From IMG/VR virus record IMGVR_UViG_3300028864_000014, positions 124,001-188,000 of that record: a stretch of DNA of 64,000 bases; one strand, 5' to 3'. The position numbers and the translations under genes were made by a program. The notes beneath the pieces were generated by a model, which ran no database searches, was not told the origin of the DNA, and saw nothing but the letters and a program-made list of their open reading frames with translations. Shown one piece after another: positions 45,977 through 60,321 of this stretch. Every line of letters begins with the position of its first letter. The first letter of the stretch is position 1.

Positions 45977-46693
45977 TTAATATATTGTTACTCCAATTAC
46001 AAAATATAATTTTTGCGATATAGTATTTAAATATAAAACTTCATAAACAGGTATCTTATAATTGTTTGTGATTTTTATTGATTTATTTACTTTCATTCCA
46101 ATATTCATAAATCCAGTCTTATACCCAAACATACCCTGTTTCGGTGTCATTCCAGCAAATGTATTTATTGTATAATCATTTATATTAGTTGAGTATGCAA
46201 CTTCTAAATAAGTAGAATAATAATTTGAATTATTAGAATTTTTATCATTACCATAAAAATAACTTTCTACTGTAAATGACAATGGAACTTTATCACTTAT
46301 AGTGTAATTCAATATGACTTCTATTTGGTGAGTAGTTGAATTTGTATTATAATTTAAAATATTAATATTAGATGATGTTTCCTTACCATCACTACTTATT
46401 GGATTGTAATTATCACTCAATGATATCGATAATTTTTTTATTGTATATTTAACTGATAAATCTATTTCTTCATAATTATTACTAATACCATATGTAGAAA
46501 ACGCGCTAATTTGAAATGATTTATTTATATTATAATTTATTGTTGGTTCTATGTGAGCACTATTTCCGCCAGAATTATTTCCTCTGTAAATATATCTACT
46601 TACAACATCAGTTGTTATGTTAATTTGTGAATATGAAATATTAACAATAAATATTGAAAATATTAAAATTGTAATTAGTTTTTGGAATCTCAT
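45977..46693 (-). CDS. outer-membrane beta-barrel-like protein with signal peptide
   Basis: Hydrophobic signal, DVVSRYIYRG, alternating beta-strand pattern, terminal YFVIGVTIY. Confidence 0.65.
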   Translation of the reverse strand: MRFQKLITILIFSIFIVNISYSQINITTDVVSRYIYRGNNSGGNSAHIEPTINYNINKSFQISAFSTYGISNNYEEIDLSVKYTIKKLSISLSDNYNPISSDGKETSSNINILNYNTNSTTHQIEVILNYTISDKVPLSFTVESYFYGNDKNSNNSNYYSTYLEVAYSTNINDYTINTFAGMTPKQGMFGYKTGFMNIGMKVNKSIKITNNYKIPVYEVLYLNTISQKLYFVIGVTIY

Positions 46694-46745
46694 TTTATTT
46701 TTATATATTTATTCTGAAATATTTTTTTATTTCAAATATTATTAT

Positions 46746-46753
46746 TATCTTTG
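46746..46753 (+). promoter_or_regulatory. Bacteroidota -7 element
   Basis: TATCTTTG upstream of 46784. Confidence 0.6.
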
Positions 46754-48136
46754 TATATAAATACTTATTAAAACAAATACTATATGAGAAAAGTTGATTG
46801 GAATAAATTTATATTCATTTCTAAAGGTGAATGGTTTACAAAAGGAACTGAAGTTAAGTGTGTTGAAACTTATTGCGAAATTAAAATTAACGACACGGTT
46901 ATGAACACAGTAGGATTATTTAAGGGTGATTCTATTGTTGATGGAGAATCAGATGCTTGTCCTTTTTATGAGTTTGATATCTATTATAATGGAGTTATTG
47001 TAAATGAACTTAGTTATCTTGAACTTTTTGATATTATGAAAAGTGTAGATTAATATAAATCTTTAAAAAAATAAAAATGCTAATATTTTATATTCTATTG
47101 TTCATTTCAATCTTGTTGTTTTGTATTCCATTCTTCATTGAAGATACTTGGTATTTGACTTTATTTAGTATAATATTATTGATATTTAATTTGACAATTG
47201 GATTAGGTGCTATTAGATCTAGTAGCAATCCTGAAGTTAAAAAATATAACGAATTACTTGAGTTGTATAATTACACAACATCTCATGATTCTATTCCATT
47301 TAAAATGAAAACAGATTTATATGATGACTGTTCAGAATTTAATAGAATATTATCTGATTATGATGAATATCATAATAGTAATTGGGTAGGAGTGTATTAT
47401 CCTGAAATTGGAAATAAAAGAAACAAAATGAAAACTTTTGATATAAGTAAAATAAAATAAGATGATAGAATTAGAAAAATATGAAAGTTCTCTAAGAGAG
47501 TGCTTATTAAATGAAACAGGATTACCTTTTAATCAATGGATTCATGAAACCCGTTCTGAATTAGCTCAAGACTCAATTGATAAAGTTAATAGATTTAATA
47601 ATGAAATTGAATTACACAAAAACGAATTAGTTATTGACTTATCTAAAGTTGTTAGACTTGTTGATGTTGTTGATGGAGTAGAAGATTATTATTGGGTATA
47701 TGATGAGTGGGTAGGCATGATGAATAGTAAAATATATGAAGCATCATGTGTAGGTCATCACACGTATTTAAAAGGATTTTTACCTGATGATAAATATAAT
47801 GAATTAGTTAGAGTTTGGAATTTAAACCAGTCAGAAAAAGCAGTTTAATATTTTTTATAATCAATTTAAATAACTATTTGTATGGATAAATATATTGCAT
47901 TAGAAATTCCAGAAAAAGATAATAGTGGACACCGTATTGCTTGGTGGGTACCTGATATGTGCTTAAAAGTAATTGAAATATTAGAAACAGAAAATCCAGA
48001 TTATGAATTTTTTCAAATTGTAACTACAGGTAATATTTCATGCAGTAGCAAATTTGCATTGATGAAAATTAAAGATGAAAAAAAAATTAAAAATAAAGAA
48101 GTTCAGTTAATTGAAACTGTAAAAAAATAAATAAAT

Positions 48137-48568
48137 ATGATAGACTTATTATGCCTAATAAAAAAGGCAATGCTCGCAAGAAATACATTTGAATTAGGTG
48201 TATTAAGATTGATGAAAACTGAAATAGTTAATTTTGAAAATTCAGTAAATGCTACTAAACTAACAGATTCAGATGAAACAAAAATTATCATAAAAATGAT
48301 AAAACAACGTAAAGATTCAGTTGAAAAATATAATGAAGCAAATCGTAATGATTTAGCTATTAAAGAGCAAGAAGAAATTAATTTTTTGAGTAAATTTTTA
48401 CCAAAAGAATCATCAAAAGAAGATATTTTAGCATATGTAATTGAAGTTATTTCTAAGGGAGGTGGCAATATGGGCTCTTATATAAAAGAAGTCAAATTGA
48501 AATATCCTACATCTGACGGTAAATTTGTATCAGAAGAAGTTAAGAAAAATATGATAAAAAATTTATAA
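48137..48568 (+). CDS. GatB/YqeY domain protein
   Basis: LGVLRLMKTEI, IKMIKQRKDS.EKY.EANRNDLA.KE.EEI..LSKFLP, MGSYIK. Confidence 0.9.
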   Translation: MIDLLCLIKKAMLARNTFELGVLRLMKTEIVNFENSVNATKLTDSDETKIIIKMIKQRKDSVEKYNEANRNDLAIKEQEEINFLSKFLPKESSKEDILAYVIEVISKGGGNMGSYIKEVKLKYPTSDGKFVSEEVKKNMIKNL

Positions 48569-48599
48569 TATATAAGTCGAAAATAATGACTTATATAAA

Positions 48600-48794
48600 A
48601 TGGATTTAGAAAAAAAAGGAATGATTTTAAATCAAAATGAAAAATTAGTAATCTTAATAAGAACCAATTTAGAAAGAAATTTTGGATATTGTACATTTTC
48701 TCAACCTGATGTTTCATTACATGATACAATATGTCCTTGTAAAAATTTTAGATTATATGATAAGTGCTATTGTAATCTTTATGTAAAAAAATAG
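48600..48794 (+). CDS. ferredoxin-thioredoxin reductase catalytic-subunit-like Fe-S protein
   Basis: GYCT...ICPC...CYCNLY. Confidence 0.65.
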   Translation: MDLEKKGMILNQNEKLVILIRTNLERNFGYCTFSQPDVSLHDTICPCKNFRLYDKCYCNLYVKK

Positions 48795-48818
48795 AAAGTA
48801 ATTTAATTACTTTCTTTT

Positions 48819-48852
48819 TTTGTGTATAATTAAATAAATAGCGTTATCTTTG
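48819..48852 (+). promoter_or_regulatory. terminator-adjacent Bacteroidota promoter
   Basis: agaaagtaa/ttactttct hairpin upstream, TTTG, TATCTTTG (48845-48852). Confidence 0.6.
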
Positions 48853-49129
48853 TATTTATAATAATTATAAATTTATATGATATGGAAGCAATTTATAATA
48901 CAAGCGATTATATTGAAATGATATTTATGTTTGTGATGATGGTATTATTACTTATTGTTATTAAATATATACATGGAGACTATTCAGCAGAATCAATTGA
49001 AGAAATTAGTAAAGATGAATTATCAATCACAAATGATAAAGGTGATGTAATAGGAAAAAAGTATATCAATACATATAAATACACATATAAAAATGGTAGT
49101 ATTAAATATAAAACAAAAACTATTAATTT

Positions 49130-49844
49130 ATGATAACATCTCTAACCAATCTAACTAAATTGGATAATATTGCATATGAATTATATACTGATAATTATAT
49201 TTCTAAAACATATGATCCTTTATCATTATTTTCGTTTCATTATATTTATTATAAGAAATGTAGTTGGGGAGGAACATCTTATGACGATGTTAAAAAAATT
49301 TATGATAACGCAAAAATTACAATAAGAAAATTAAAATTAATTGAAATAGAAAATATTAAATTATGATAACATCAAATAAATTAGACGATATTGCATATAA
49401 ATTATATATGAATAGAATTGATTTTGATTGCGTATATAATTCAATGAGTAAAAATGAATTTAAAAATATTCTTTATGATAAAAAATTTGACATTGATTAT
49501 TATAACAGAGAAAGAACTGTTATAAAAAGTTTTTATTATAAAGCTAATATTATTTTAAGAAAAGAAAAACTTATAGAAATATCAAAAAATATAAAATGAT
49601 ATATCTTGATGATGTTATACATTATGTCAAACATAATAAAGTTCGTTTAGATATTGTATCTGATTATAAACATATTTATGATTATGATTTTCACATAGAA
49701 GAAAATACTGAAGTTTCAGTGTATTTACATTTAAATAAAAAACAATACGGCGGTGAAGTTTGTTATATTAAAATTATTAAAATTAAATTATCAGATATAA
49801 TATCTCAAATAAGAAAAGAAAAACTCAAAAAAATAAAATCATGA
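49130..49844 (+). other. three RKxKL-tagged ORFs, two of them D-x-I-A-Y family members
   Basis: DNIAYELY...IRKLKL; DDIAYKLY...LRKEKL; ...IRKEKL. Confidence 0.8.
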
Positions 49845-50248
49845 CAATCTTTAAAGGAATAAAAATAAAAATATCAGAAACCACAAGTTATCCAACTCCT
49901 TATGGATATGAGTATAACGCAAAGGGTTGTTATGTAAATAAAAAATTCTTAATTGTTGTTGGACATTTAGAACAAGACAACACAATAAGAATTAAATATC
50001 CAATGAAAGATATTATAAATATAGAAATTATATAGTAATCATGAAAACAAATAAGCAAAACACAGAAACCGTAAATGGTTTATCATTTAGACATGCTGCA
50101 CAAATTGTCAGACGTAAAATGATGACTAAGACTTATACCGAAAAAAATGAATACAACAGGAAAGATAAATCTTGGAAAAATTTACTTTAATAAATTGTAA
50201 AAAAAGTTAAATAGCTGATTTATTTATATATAAATCAGCTATTTTTAT

Positions 50249-50256
50249 TACCTTTG
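50249..50256 (+). promoter_or_regulatory. Bacteroidota -7 element after a terminator hairpin
   Basis: aatagctgattta/taaatcagctatt stem, then TACCTTTG. Confidence 0.6.
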
Positions 50257-51551
50257 CACTTGATAATTAAACATTCAAATATTATGGAAGATAACAAAAT
50301 TTACTGTCCTGTTTGTGGTTCTGAGTTAAAAGTTACTCATCGTGATAATTATGAAGATATTCAAGATCATGTATCATGTGATGGCGGAACTCCATCTCTA
50401 AAAGATGGTTATCAATGTGTAAATAAAAAATGTTTAGCATCTGAATATGGTTTGACTTGGATTCAAGATGGTGATTTATATACTAACAGAGATTTTTTTC
50501 CACCTGATGTTACTTATTCAATGGTTAATTCAAGAATAAAAGAATTGTGCGAAAATGGTAATACATTTGCAAAAAATTCATGGAATTACTATTACAAAAA
50601 AGGCTGTGATGCTGTAAAAAAGAGAACTATTATAATTAATATTTTTAAATATAAAATTGATATTATTCCAAAAAGATATGGATATAAATATCCAAATAAT
50701 AAACGTGAAATGCCAAGATTAATTGGTTGGAAATTTGAATTTTGGAAGAAAACTGGAGATTATAGCTATAGTTGTATTGTTCCAATACACACAATGGTAA
50801 AGCACGATATCAGTACTTTTAAAAATGCAATAAAAAGATTAAAGAAAAGTGAAAACCCACTTAATATGAAATCTGATATTGATGAAGTTATAAATAAAAT
50901 TAAAGGTAATAATCATTGGGGACAACCAGATGAAAGAAATTATGCTAAGATATCATCGTTTATTATAAACATTTTTTATAAGAAAGAAATTAATTTTATT
51001 TTAAATTTAAAATAAACTTCATTGTTATATTTTATATATAAATCTAAACAAATAAAATATACATGACAAAATTTGAAAAAAGATTAGACACGTCTTTAAC
51101 TATATTGAACTCATATGTGTCATCAGGTAAAATATCAATAAATTCAACGAATGAGGTTATTGATGATTATGTAGTATTTTCAGTTAAACTTGCTGATAGA
51201 CTTATTAATGAATTGACAATATTGAATCCATATAAAGAACCTGTGATAATTAATGATAAATTTGATTATTATGATTTAGGAAATATAGAAGTTGATAGAA
51301 TAATGGAGCTACCTTATGTTAATTCAGTGGTTATAAATTTAAAAGAAGAAATATTAAAACCAAATCTTAACATCAAAGAAAAATTTAAAGAAGACTATTA
51401 TAGTCATTTAAATGCTCTATTTTTGAATGTTCTTCTTAATAGATTGAATAGTTATCCAAATTATGAAAGTGCTGAAAATAGAGCATTAGACGCAAGAAAA
51501 GCTACTTCTGATATTATACAAGATATTAGAGCGAAAATACAAAATAACTAA
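50254..51551 (+). other. two hypothetical ORFs (50254 or 50284 to 51015 with N-terminal CPVC; 51063-51551)
   Basis: ORF track. Confidence 0.7.
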
Positions 51552-51568
51552 TTTAAATATTATTCTTA

Positions 51569-52351
51569 ATGATAAAAAAATTTGATAAATTTAATGATAA
51601 TTCATATTTAGATTATTTTACATATCTATATGAACTTGCTCCAAAAGAATTGAAAGATTTAATTGATGCAACAAAAGGAGTTAATCAAAGTGAATTGTGG
51701 CACAGTGAAGGTGACGCATACACTCATATCAGATTAGTTGTTAATCGCTTACATGATAAGTATCATGATATAAATTTAGATTTAGCAGGATTATATCATG
51801 ATTTAGGAAAAGCTAGTACTACTGAGTGGAGTGAGGAAAAAAATTCGTGGATTTCACCTGGACATGAATATGTTTCTTGTGAAATGTTAGATGATCAATC
51901 AAATTTTGTTAAAGAAATGGGAGGAGATTATAAATTAATTTATTATATAGTTGAGAATCATATGAAAATTAAATATTTAGATAACTTTAGAATACAAAAT
52001 AAAATTGATATTCTAAATCATAAATATTTTAATGACTTGATGAAATTTGACACAGCAGATTTTGGCGGAACAGACTTGAATTGTAAGTCTGTTCGAGATT
52101 TGTCTAATATCAGAATAGAAATAAAAGAATATGATGAAATTGAACTTGAGAATAAAGAAATTTCTAAAAAGTTCAATGGAAATATAATAATGAATAACTA
52201 TCCAGAATTAAAAGGTAAAGAGTTAGGAAACAAAATGACAAAATTTAAAGAATATATTTCAAATAAATTTAATACTAATCTTAGAATTTTTATTTTAAAA
52301 AATCATTCTAGCGATATTATGAATGAATTTGATATATTTATGAAAAATTAA
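51569..52351 (+). CDS. HD-domain phosphohydrolase resembling the HD/tail part of CCA-adding enzymes, lacking the nucleotidyltransferase head
   Basis: WHSEGDAYTH, AGLYHDLGK, PGHE, HM, D..G; C-terminal LKGKELG. Confidence 0.75.
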   Translation: MIKKFDKFNDNSYLDYFTYLYELAPKELKDLIDATKGVNQSELWHSEGDAYTHIRLVVNRLHDKYHDINLDLAGLYHDLGKASTTEWSEEKNSWISPGHEYVSCEMLDDQSNFVKEMGGDYKLIYYIVENHMKIKYLDNFRIQNKIDILNHKYFNDLMKFDTADFGGTDLNCKSVRDLSNIRIEIKEYDEIELENKEISKKFNGNIIMNNYPELKGKELGNKMTKFKEYISNKFNTNLRIFILKNHSSDIMNEFDIFMKN

Positions 52352-52396
52352 AATTGAATATTTAACTATAAAACAAACCAAATGATTGTATAATCA

Positions 52397-52428
52397 TTTG
52401 GTTTTTTCATTTATTTTTCATATATTTG
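52397..52428 (+). promoter_or_regulatory. Bacteroidota promoter whose -33 lies in a terminator arm
   Basis: aaccaaatgatt/aatcatttggtt; TTTG, 20 nt, TATATTTG. Confidence 0.7.
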
Positions 52429-52610
52429 TATAAATATAAAATATAAATGGAGTCACATATAATTATACCAATAAGAGAAATTAAAGATAGAATGGCTCAA
52501 ATAGAAAGTCAGATAGAGGTATTTAAACCCGATAGTGTATATTCATATGCATTATCTAAAATGCACTCATTATTGACAGAATTATTAGATACATCAAAAA
52601 AAATTGATTT

Positions 52611-54759
<2,149 letters not shown>

Positions 54760-54776
<17 letters not shown>

Positions 54777-55363
54777 ATATTTGCCTGATTATTGGAGTAA
54801 TGGTAATAATAAAGCGACTGAAGTATATGAAATAATAAAAAATTCTTCAAATGAAGAAATAGTAGAAGTTTTGAATATGTTTGATATTAAAGATATAGAG
54901 AAATTTTTAAGAAATAAAAAATTAAAAAAATTAAAATGAGAGAAATATCAAGAGTTTCTATGTCAGAATCAGAATTATATTCAACTATATCAAGAGCCAT
55001 TAATTATGACATTGTTGGAGAAATACCAATTAGAATTGATAATCTTATTAAATATGCATCAAAAGAAGATATAAATGATTCTTTAGAAAAATTTGAAATT
55101 AAAGATATTGAGAAATTTTTAAGAACTAAGAAATTGAAAAATTTAAATAAATAATTATGTCATTTATGTCATTTGGAATTACAAATTCAATTAGAGATTC
55201 AATTAGAGATTATCTGAATGTTCATGAAGTCTCAGATAAAATTGGAGTACTTATTGAAAATTTATCAAAAGAAGAAATTAATAATTCTTTAGATAAATTT
55301 GATATTAAGGACATTGAAAAATATTTAAGAAACAAGAAGTTAAATAAATTATTAAATGACTAA
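54760..55363 (+). other. three paralogues ending F[DE]IKDIEK[FY]LRxKKL (54760-54939 missing from the ORF track, 54936-55154, 55157-55363)
   Basis: Shared about 20-aa C-terminal block. Confidence 0.85.
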
Positions 55364-56629
55364 TTATAAAGGATATAAAGGTTATGGAAATTATGACTAT
55401 ACTATAGGAGTATGGAATTTAGAAGATAATGATTTATATAATATATCATATCAGCTATATTTATTTTCTGACGGAAATGAGAATTATGTGAATATATCTT
55501 ATGATCAAAATATATTTATTAACATGATTGAAATTGGTGATCCTTATTGTAATAAATTTTTAAAAATCGCAAAATCATTAATAAGAAAAGAAAAATTAAA
55601 TATTATAAATAACTTAATATGACAATTCAATTAGAATATGATATTGATAAAATTGCATATGGATTATATTTGATATATTGTAAAAAAAACCAAAATTGGG
55701 GTCCAACATTTATATTTGAGGATTATGTATATATCAAATCACAGATGAAAAATTATACTTCTGAATATGATAAAAAAATAATAGTCGATAACTATAATAA
55801 AGCTAATATAATTTTAAGAAAAATGAAATTAGAAAAATTAGAAAATGATAATAGATAAGACAAAAGGTAATTGGTGCAAAGAAGGTGAATCTGATTATAT
55901 AGATGACATAGCTTTTCAATTATATCTAAATTATTATTATAAAGAATATGGAGATTTTAATGATGATTCTCCTCAGAATAATTTTAAAACAGTAAGATAT
56001 ACTCATAATAGCCCGTGGTATTCATTTTATATTAAATCATTTAAAAATTTAAGAATTGAAAAATTAAAAAAATTAGAAAATGTTAATAGATAAAACAATA
56101 GGATATTGGTGTCAAAACAATGAGTCTGATTGTGTAGATGATATTGCTTTTCAATTATATCTAAATTGTCATTTTGATATATATGGTTCAGTCTCTACTT
56201 CTGACCAAAATGACTTTATGTGTTTAAGATATTATCATTCTATTTACTATTTATCTGGTTTTTATGAAAAAGCATTTAAAATTTCAAAAAATTTAATAAG
56301 AAAAGAAAAATTGAAAAAGTTGAAATATGAAATCAGTGCATGAAATTGAATATTCAAATATTCACATAGATAAATCAATAGGAAGATGGTCTAAAGATAT
56401 TCTTTATTCTGAACTTGAAGATGTGTTTTATCAGATATACGTTCATTGGTATTATAATGAATATATTATTGAAAATGATTCTGAAAATCCTTTATTGTCT
56501 CAAACATATTTCATGTCTTATATGAATACTATTAAAGAAACTAAGAATCACCATTCTTATGATGATTATTATAATAAAGCAACTCACATATTACGAAAAA
56601 TAAAATTAGAAAAATTGAAAAATGAATAG
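55356..56629 (+). other. tandem array of 5 D-x-I-A-[YF] family paralogues
   Basis: Starts 55356, 55619, 55845, 56080, 56327. Confidence 0.85.
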
Positions 56630-57503
56630 TGATTTTAAAATAGGAGATAAGGTATTTTTATGTGATGCAAGAAATTGTTTTACTGCAGAGTTGAATAAAC
56701 AATATACTATCATTAGCATAAAATATGATGATTATAACAAATATACAAAAATAGCATTTAATGAAAATATATCTGAATCAGAAGAATTGTGTTATTTGGA
56801 TTCCAGAAGATTTAAAAAAGATATAAAATATGAAAGAAAAATAAAATTAAAAGAAATATTAAATAATGATTAATAAATTTAAATCAGGAGATAAAGTTAT
56901 ATGTATAGATAATACAAATGCTTTTGAATTAATACCTTATATAAAATCATACACAATATCTCATATAAAAACTATTTTTATTTTTTTAGTTGATGAAGAA
57001 TCCAAATTTCCTTATGTTTATACTAGATTTGAATTCGATATTAAAACAATGAGAAAGGATAAATTGAAAAAAATACCTAATCATGAAAATTGAAAAAATT
57101 AAATGTAATTTAAAAATAGGAGAACAAATTGTTATAATTAAAGATACTATTGGTAATTCGGAATTAAAAATGAATAAAATTTACATAGTTGAATATATTC
57201 ATGAATATGTTAATCATATTAAGTTAGTAGGATTTGAAGAACGTATATATCAAAGTAAATTATTTAGCAATGATATTAGATTAATAAGAAAAATTAAAAT
57301 AGAAGAATTAAATGAACAATGATATTGAGAATTACGATATGTTAGTTGAATATTTTAATCAAAAATTAAGTTTAGCGTCTGGTATTCCAAAAAAATATTT
57401 ATATCCAGATCCACTTGATTCAATTGATTTTGATGTCATATTAAAATATTTAAGAAAAAAGAAATTAGAATACATAAAAAATAACAATTTAAATAATGAT
57501 TAA
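56622..57503 (+). other. three K-[IS]-G-[DE] (SH3/KOW-like) paralogues plus one further RKxKL ORF
   Basis: FKIGDKV.LCD, FKSGDKVICID, LKIGEQI. Confidence 0.7.
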
Positions 57504-57672
57504 TGAAAATGAAGAATTAGAAATTATTAAATCAGAACTATCTGAACTGAAAATAAAATATGAACAATTGAAAAATGATTATGATTTTATAAAATCTCAA
57601 AATAATAATCTTAGAAATGATATTACAGTAAATTATTGTATGGATAATCAACGTTAAATAACTATAATTTGT

Positions 57673-57703
57673 TTTGATAGTTATTTATAATTTATTACTT
57701 TTG
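57673..57703 (+). promoter_or_regulatory. Bacteroidota promoter
   Basis: TTTG, 19 nt, TACTTTTG. Confidence 0.7.
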
Positions 57704-57737
57704 TGAGTTAAATATAAACAATTTAAAAAATAAATTT

Positions 57738-58202
57738 ATGAAAAAATTTTTGTTCTCTATTCTTATTATTCTACCATTTATGCTATCTGCAAGAGGTGGC
57801 GTGTCATGCTCTTCCCATTCATCAATTTCTACCTCACATGTAAGTTCATCACATGTAAGTCCATCACATTCATTTACATCTGAATCACATTCATATCATC
57901 CAAGTTCAACAAGTAGGAATAATAGTGAAGGTAACAGAGCAGTAAGAACATTCACTCATATAAATTCAGTTAGTCCATTTCATTCATCTGAACCTATTAA
58001 TAAGATGACACCAAATACTATTAAATTCTACAGTAATAACCCAAGTTATATTAGGTACAAAAATAATTATATTCCTTTCTATCAGCACAATTCATTTTTT
58101 TGGCATTACGTAATTCTTAATAATCGTAGACATCGAAATGATACAATCAGAGCAAAAAATAAAACTGACTTAATTCAAAAAGTTAATAATCATAAACAGT
58201 AA
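57738..58202 (+). CDS. secreted Ser/His-rich protein
   Basis: Signal peptide MKKFLFSILIILPFMLSA, RGG, SSH repeats. Confidence 0.65.
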   Translation: MKKFLFSILIILPFMLSARGGVSCSSHSSISTSHVSSSHVSPSHSFTSESHSYHPSSTSRNNSEGNRAVRTFTHINSVSPFHSSEPINKMTPNTIKFYSNNPSYIRYKNNYIPFYQHNSFFWHYVILNNRRHRNDTIRAKNKTDLIQKVNNHKQ

Positions 58203-58464
58203 TTTAATATGAATGATAAAAAACTATCATTAATATATGATAAAAGACAAAAAGATTTTGTAGTTAAATATCCACTACGTTGTGATGGTGCATTAATATT
58301 AAATCATATTTGTGGTGATGTTCTTAAATATAATATCAGCAAAGATTATCCTTATAATTTTGATAATTTTAATTTAAAAGAAGAATTAGAAAAAAGAGGA
58401 TATGATTTATCAACTTTAAAATTTAGCATTGAACTAAAAAAAGATGCTTAAAATTCATAATAAA

Positions 58465-58496
58465 TTTGGTTTGTATTTAAAATTATATTATCTTTG
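58465..58496 (+). promoter_or_regulatory. Bacteroidota promoter
   Basis: TTTG, 20 nt, TATCTTTG. Confidence 0.75.
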
Positions 58497-58523
58497 TGAA
58501 TAATAATAAAACAACAAATATTT

Positions 58524-58730
58524 ATGGATTGGTTAATAATGATATTAAGTTTATCTTCGTATTACTTGATTTGTGTTAAAAAGAAAATTGGGTTTATAGT
58601 TGGCTTAATAGGAAGTATAATAGGAATAATATATTTTTTAAATTCTAGTGTTTCTCTTGTTATTATGTATTTCTCTTTTGCTGTATTAAATATAATAGGA
58701 CACTTAAAATGGAATAAATCTAAAATCTAA
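58524..58730 (+). CDS. small PnuC-like membrane protein
   Basis: Three short TM segments, DW...K.GF.VG, ends G.LKW.K. Confidence 0.45.
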   Translation: MDWLIMILSLSSYYLICVKKKIGFIVGLIGSIIGIIYFLNSSVSLVIMYFSFAVLNIIGHLKWNKSKI

Positions 58731-58963
58731 ATATAATGAAAATAGGAGATAAAATAACAATGTTTTTTCATGCTGCAGGTGTTACTTCAGAAGAAGTTTG
58801 TGAAGTTGTAGAATTCACAGAAAATAGGGTATCTATTGATGATTATAATAGTGACAATGAATGTAGAGTTTTTAGTAGATTATCAGGAGTGTGCATAAAT
58901 GATAATAATTCATTTGGTGCATCAAGGACGATTGACAGATGTGTATAAATTTAAAGAGGCTAG

Positions 58964-59138
58964 TCTTAGTTATTCAAATGAAAAATTCAATCTAATCAAT
59001 TAGATGAAGTAATTTGAATAGATACTAATAAATTAATTGTTAGGTCCTGGTTTACATAATAGCTAAGAATAATAGATGAAGAACACACCGACAAAGTATC
59101 AGGTGATTCTGAGATGATAAAGGTGTGTTTGAATCTAT
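58964..59138 (+). ncRNA. candidate structured RNA (two domains)
   Basis: Several nested complementary segments in an intergenic gap (see findings). Confidence 0.4.
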
Positions 59139-60029
59139 GAATAATTAAAAAATTAATATGATAAAAGTTAAAGCAACTCAAGACGAAAACGGACATTGGT
59201 ATGTGTTACCAAATGAAGTAGTAGAAGATTTTGATAAAGATGGACAGAATGAAGATTTTGTAGATTCTGGTAAATTTGACAATAAATACAACAAATATAG
59301 AACTGGCGGAGATTTAAATAACATACAATTATATGCTAACATCTAATTATGTTATTCTATACATAAAAATTATGATATATTTTAAAAATTAAAAATTAAA
59401 ATAAATGGGAAAAATAAAGTTAGTTAATAGTTATGAACCATCTAATTCAGATATGGTAATTGATGTTGAATATATCTTAGATAAAGGAAATTCTTTGATG
59501 GCAATTTTAAGTATTGTTTTTTCCGATGTTAGTAGAATTTGTGGTATGAAAGATAATAGTTATCAAATCAAATTTGAGTTTGAATCATATAAAGAATCAA
59601 TATCAAAAGGAATATCAATGGATTCAGATTATTTTGATAAGAAAAAATTAAGAACAATTGATTGTAATGACTTTCAGGATCCAGAATATTTGATGAGTAT
59701 TAATTTAAAAAATGTATCTTGCTCTATTAATGCAGTAAAAACATTAAGCTCGATTTTAAATAGATATAAGCAAATTTCAAATAAGGATGAATTTAAAATT
59801 GTTCTAATTGCATCAGATTTTGAAATAAATACATATATTGATATTTATGAATTGTGTAATAAATATCTACGTCTTATAGATGGAATAGATATTGTTATTG
59901 TTGGCAATGAAAAAATATTTTCAATCGCTCTTGATTCATATTTAACATATAAAAATGGTTTCAAAAATGACGGATTAGGTTCTAGTTTAGTATCTAAATT
60001 GATTAGATAAATTTTTTCAATATAAAAAT

Positions 60030-60321
60030 AAATGGTTAGTGAAACTACAGTAAAGATTGTAATTATTAGATTAATTTTTGATGTTATGATTTGTAGATAT
60101 AATCAGTGAATGGAGAGTCCATTGTGGCAAGTAAAGTTGGGGGGATGATATTAATACATAAGAAAGGATGTATTTTTAAACAAGCCCGCTACTGACAGCG
60201 GTGGAGGCATGGGTGAAAATCCAGAACCAACCTAAAACGAGGCGTTGAATATCTAGTTTATTGAGCAGTTGCAAATGTTTAAGAAAACAAAATTTAGCTA
60301 CGCCTATCCTTCATACCATTT
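60030..60321 (+). ncRNA. candidate large structured ncRNA, family unassigned
   Basis: GC-elevated ORF-free gap; end pairing aaatggt/accattt; internal stems; GNRA loop. Confidence 0.6.

Noticed and set aside
58964-59068. Hammerhead ribozyme at the three-way junction
   Set aside because: No CUGANGA/GAAA core in the junction strands
60185-60232. Cobalamin or SAM-I riboswitch (CCCGCTACTG, GGTGAAAATCC, GCGGTGGAGG...CAACC)
   Set aside because: The cobalamin motifs are in the wrong order with no GGGAA or B12 box; the SAM-I core AUC/GAU and GGUGC elements are absent
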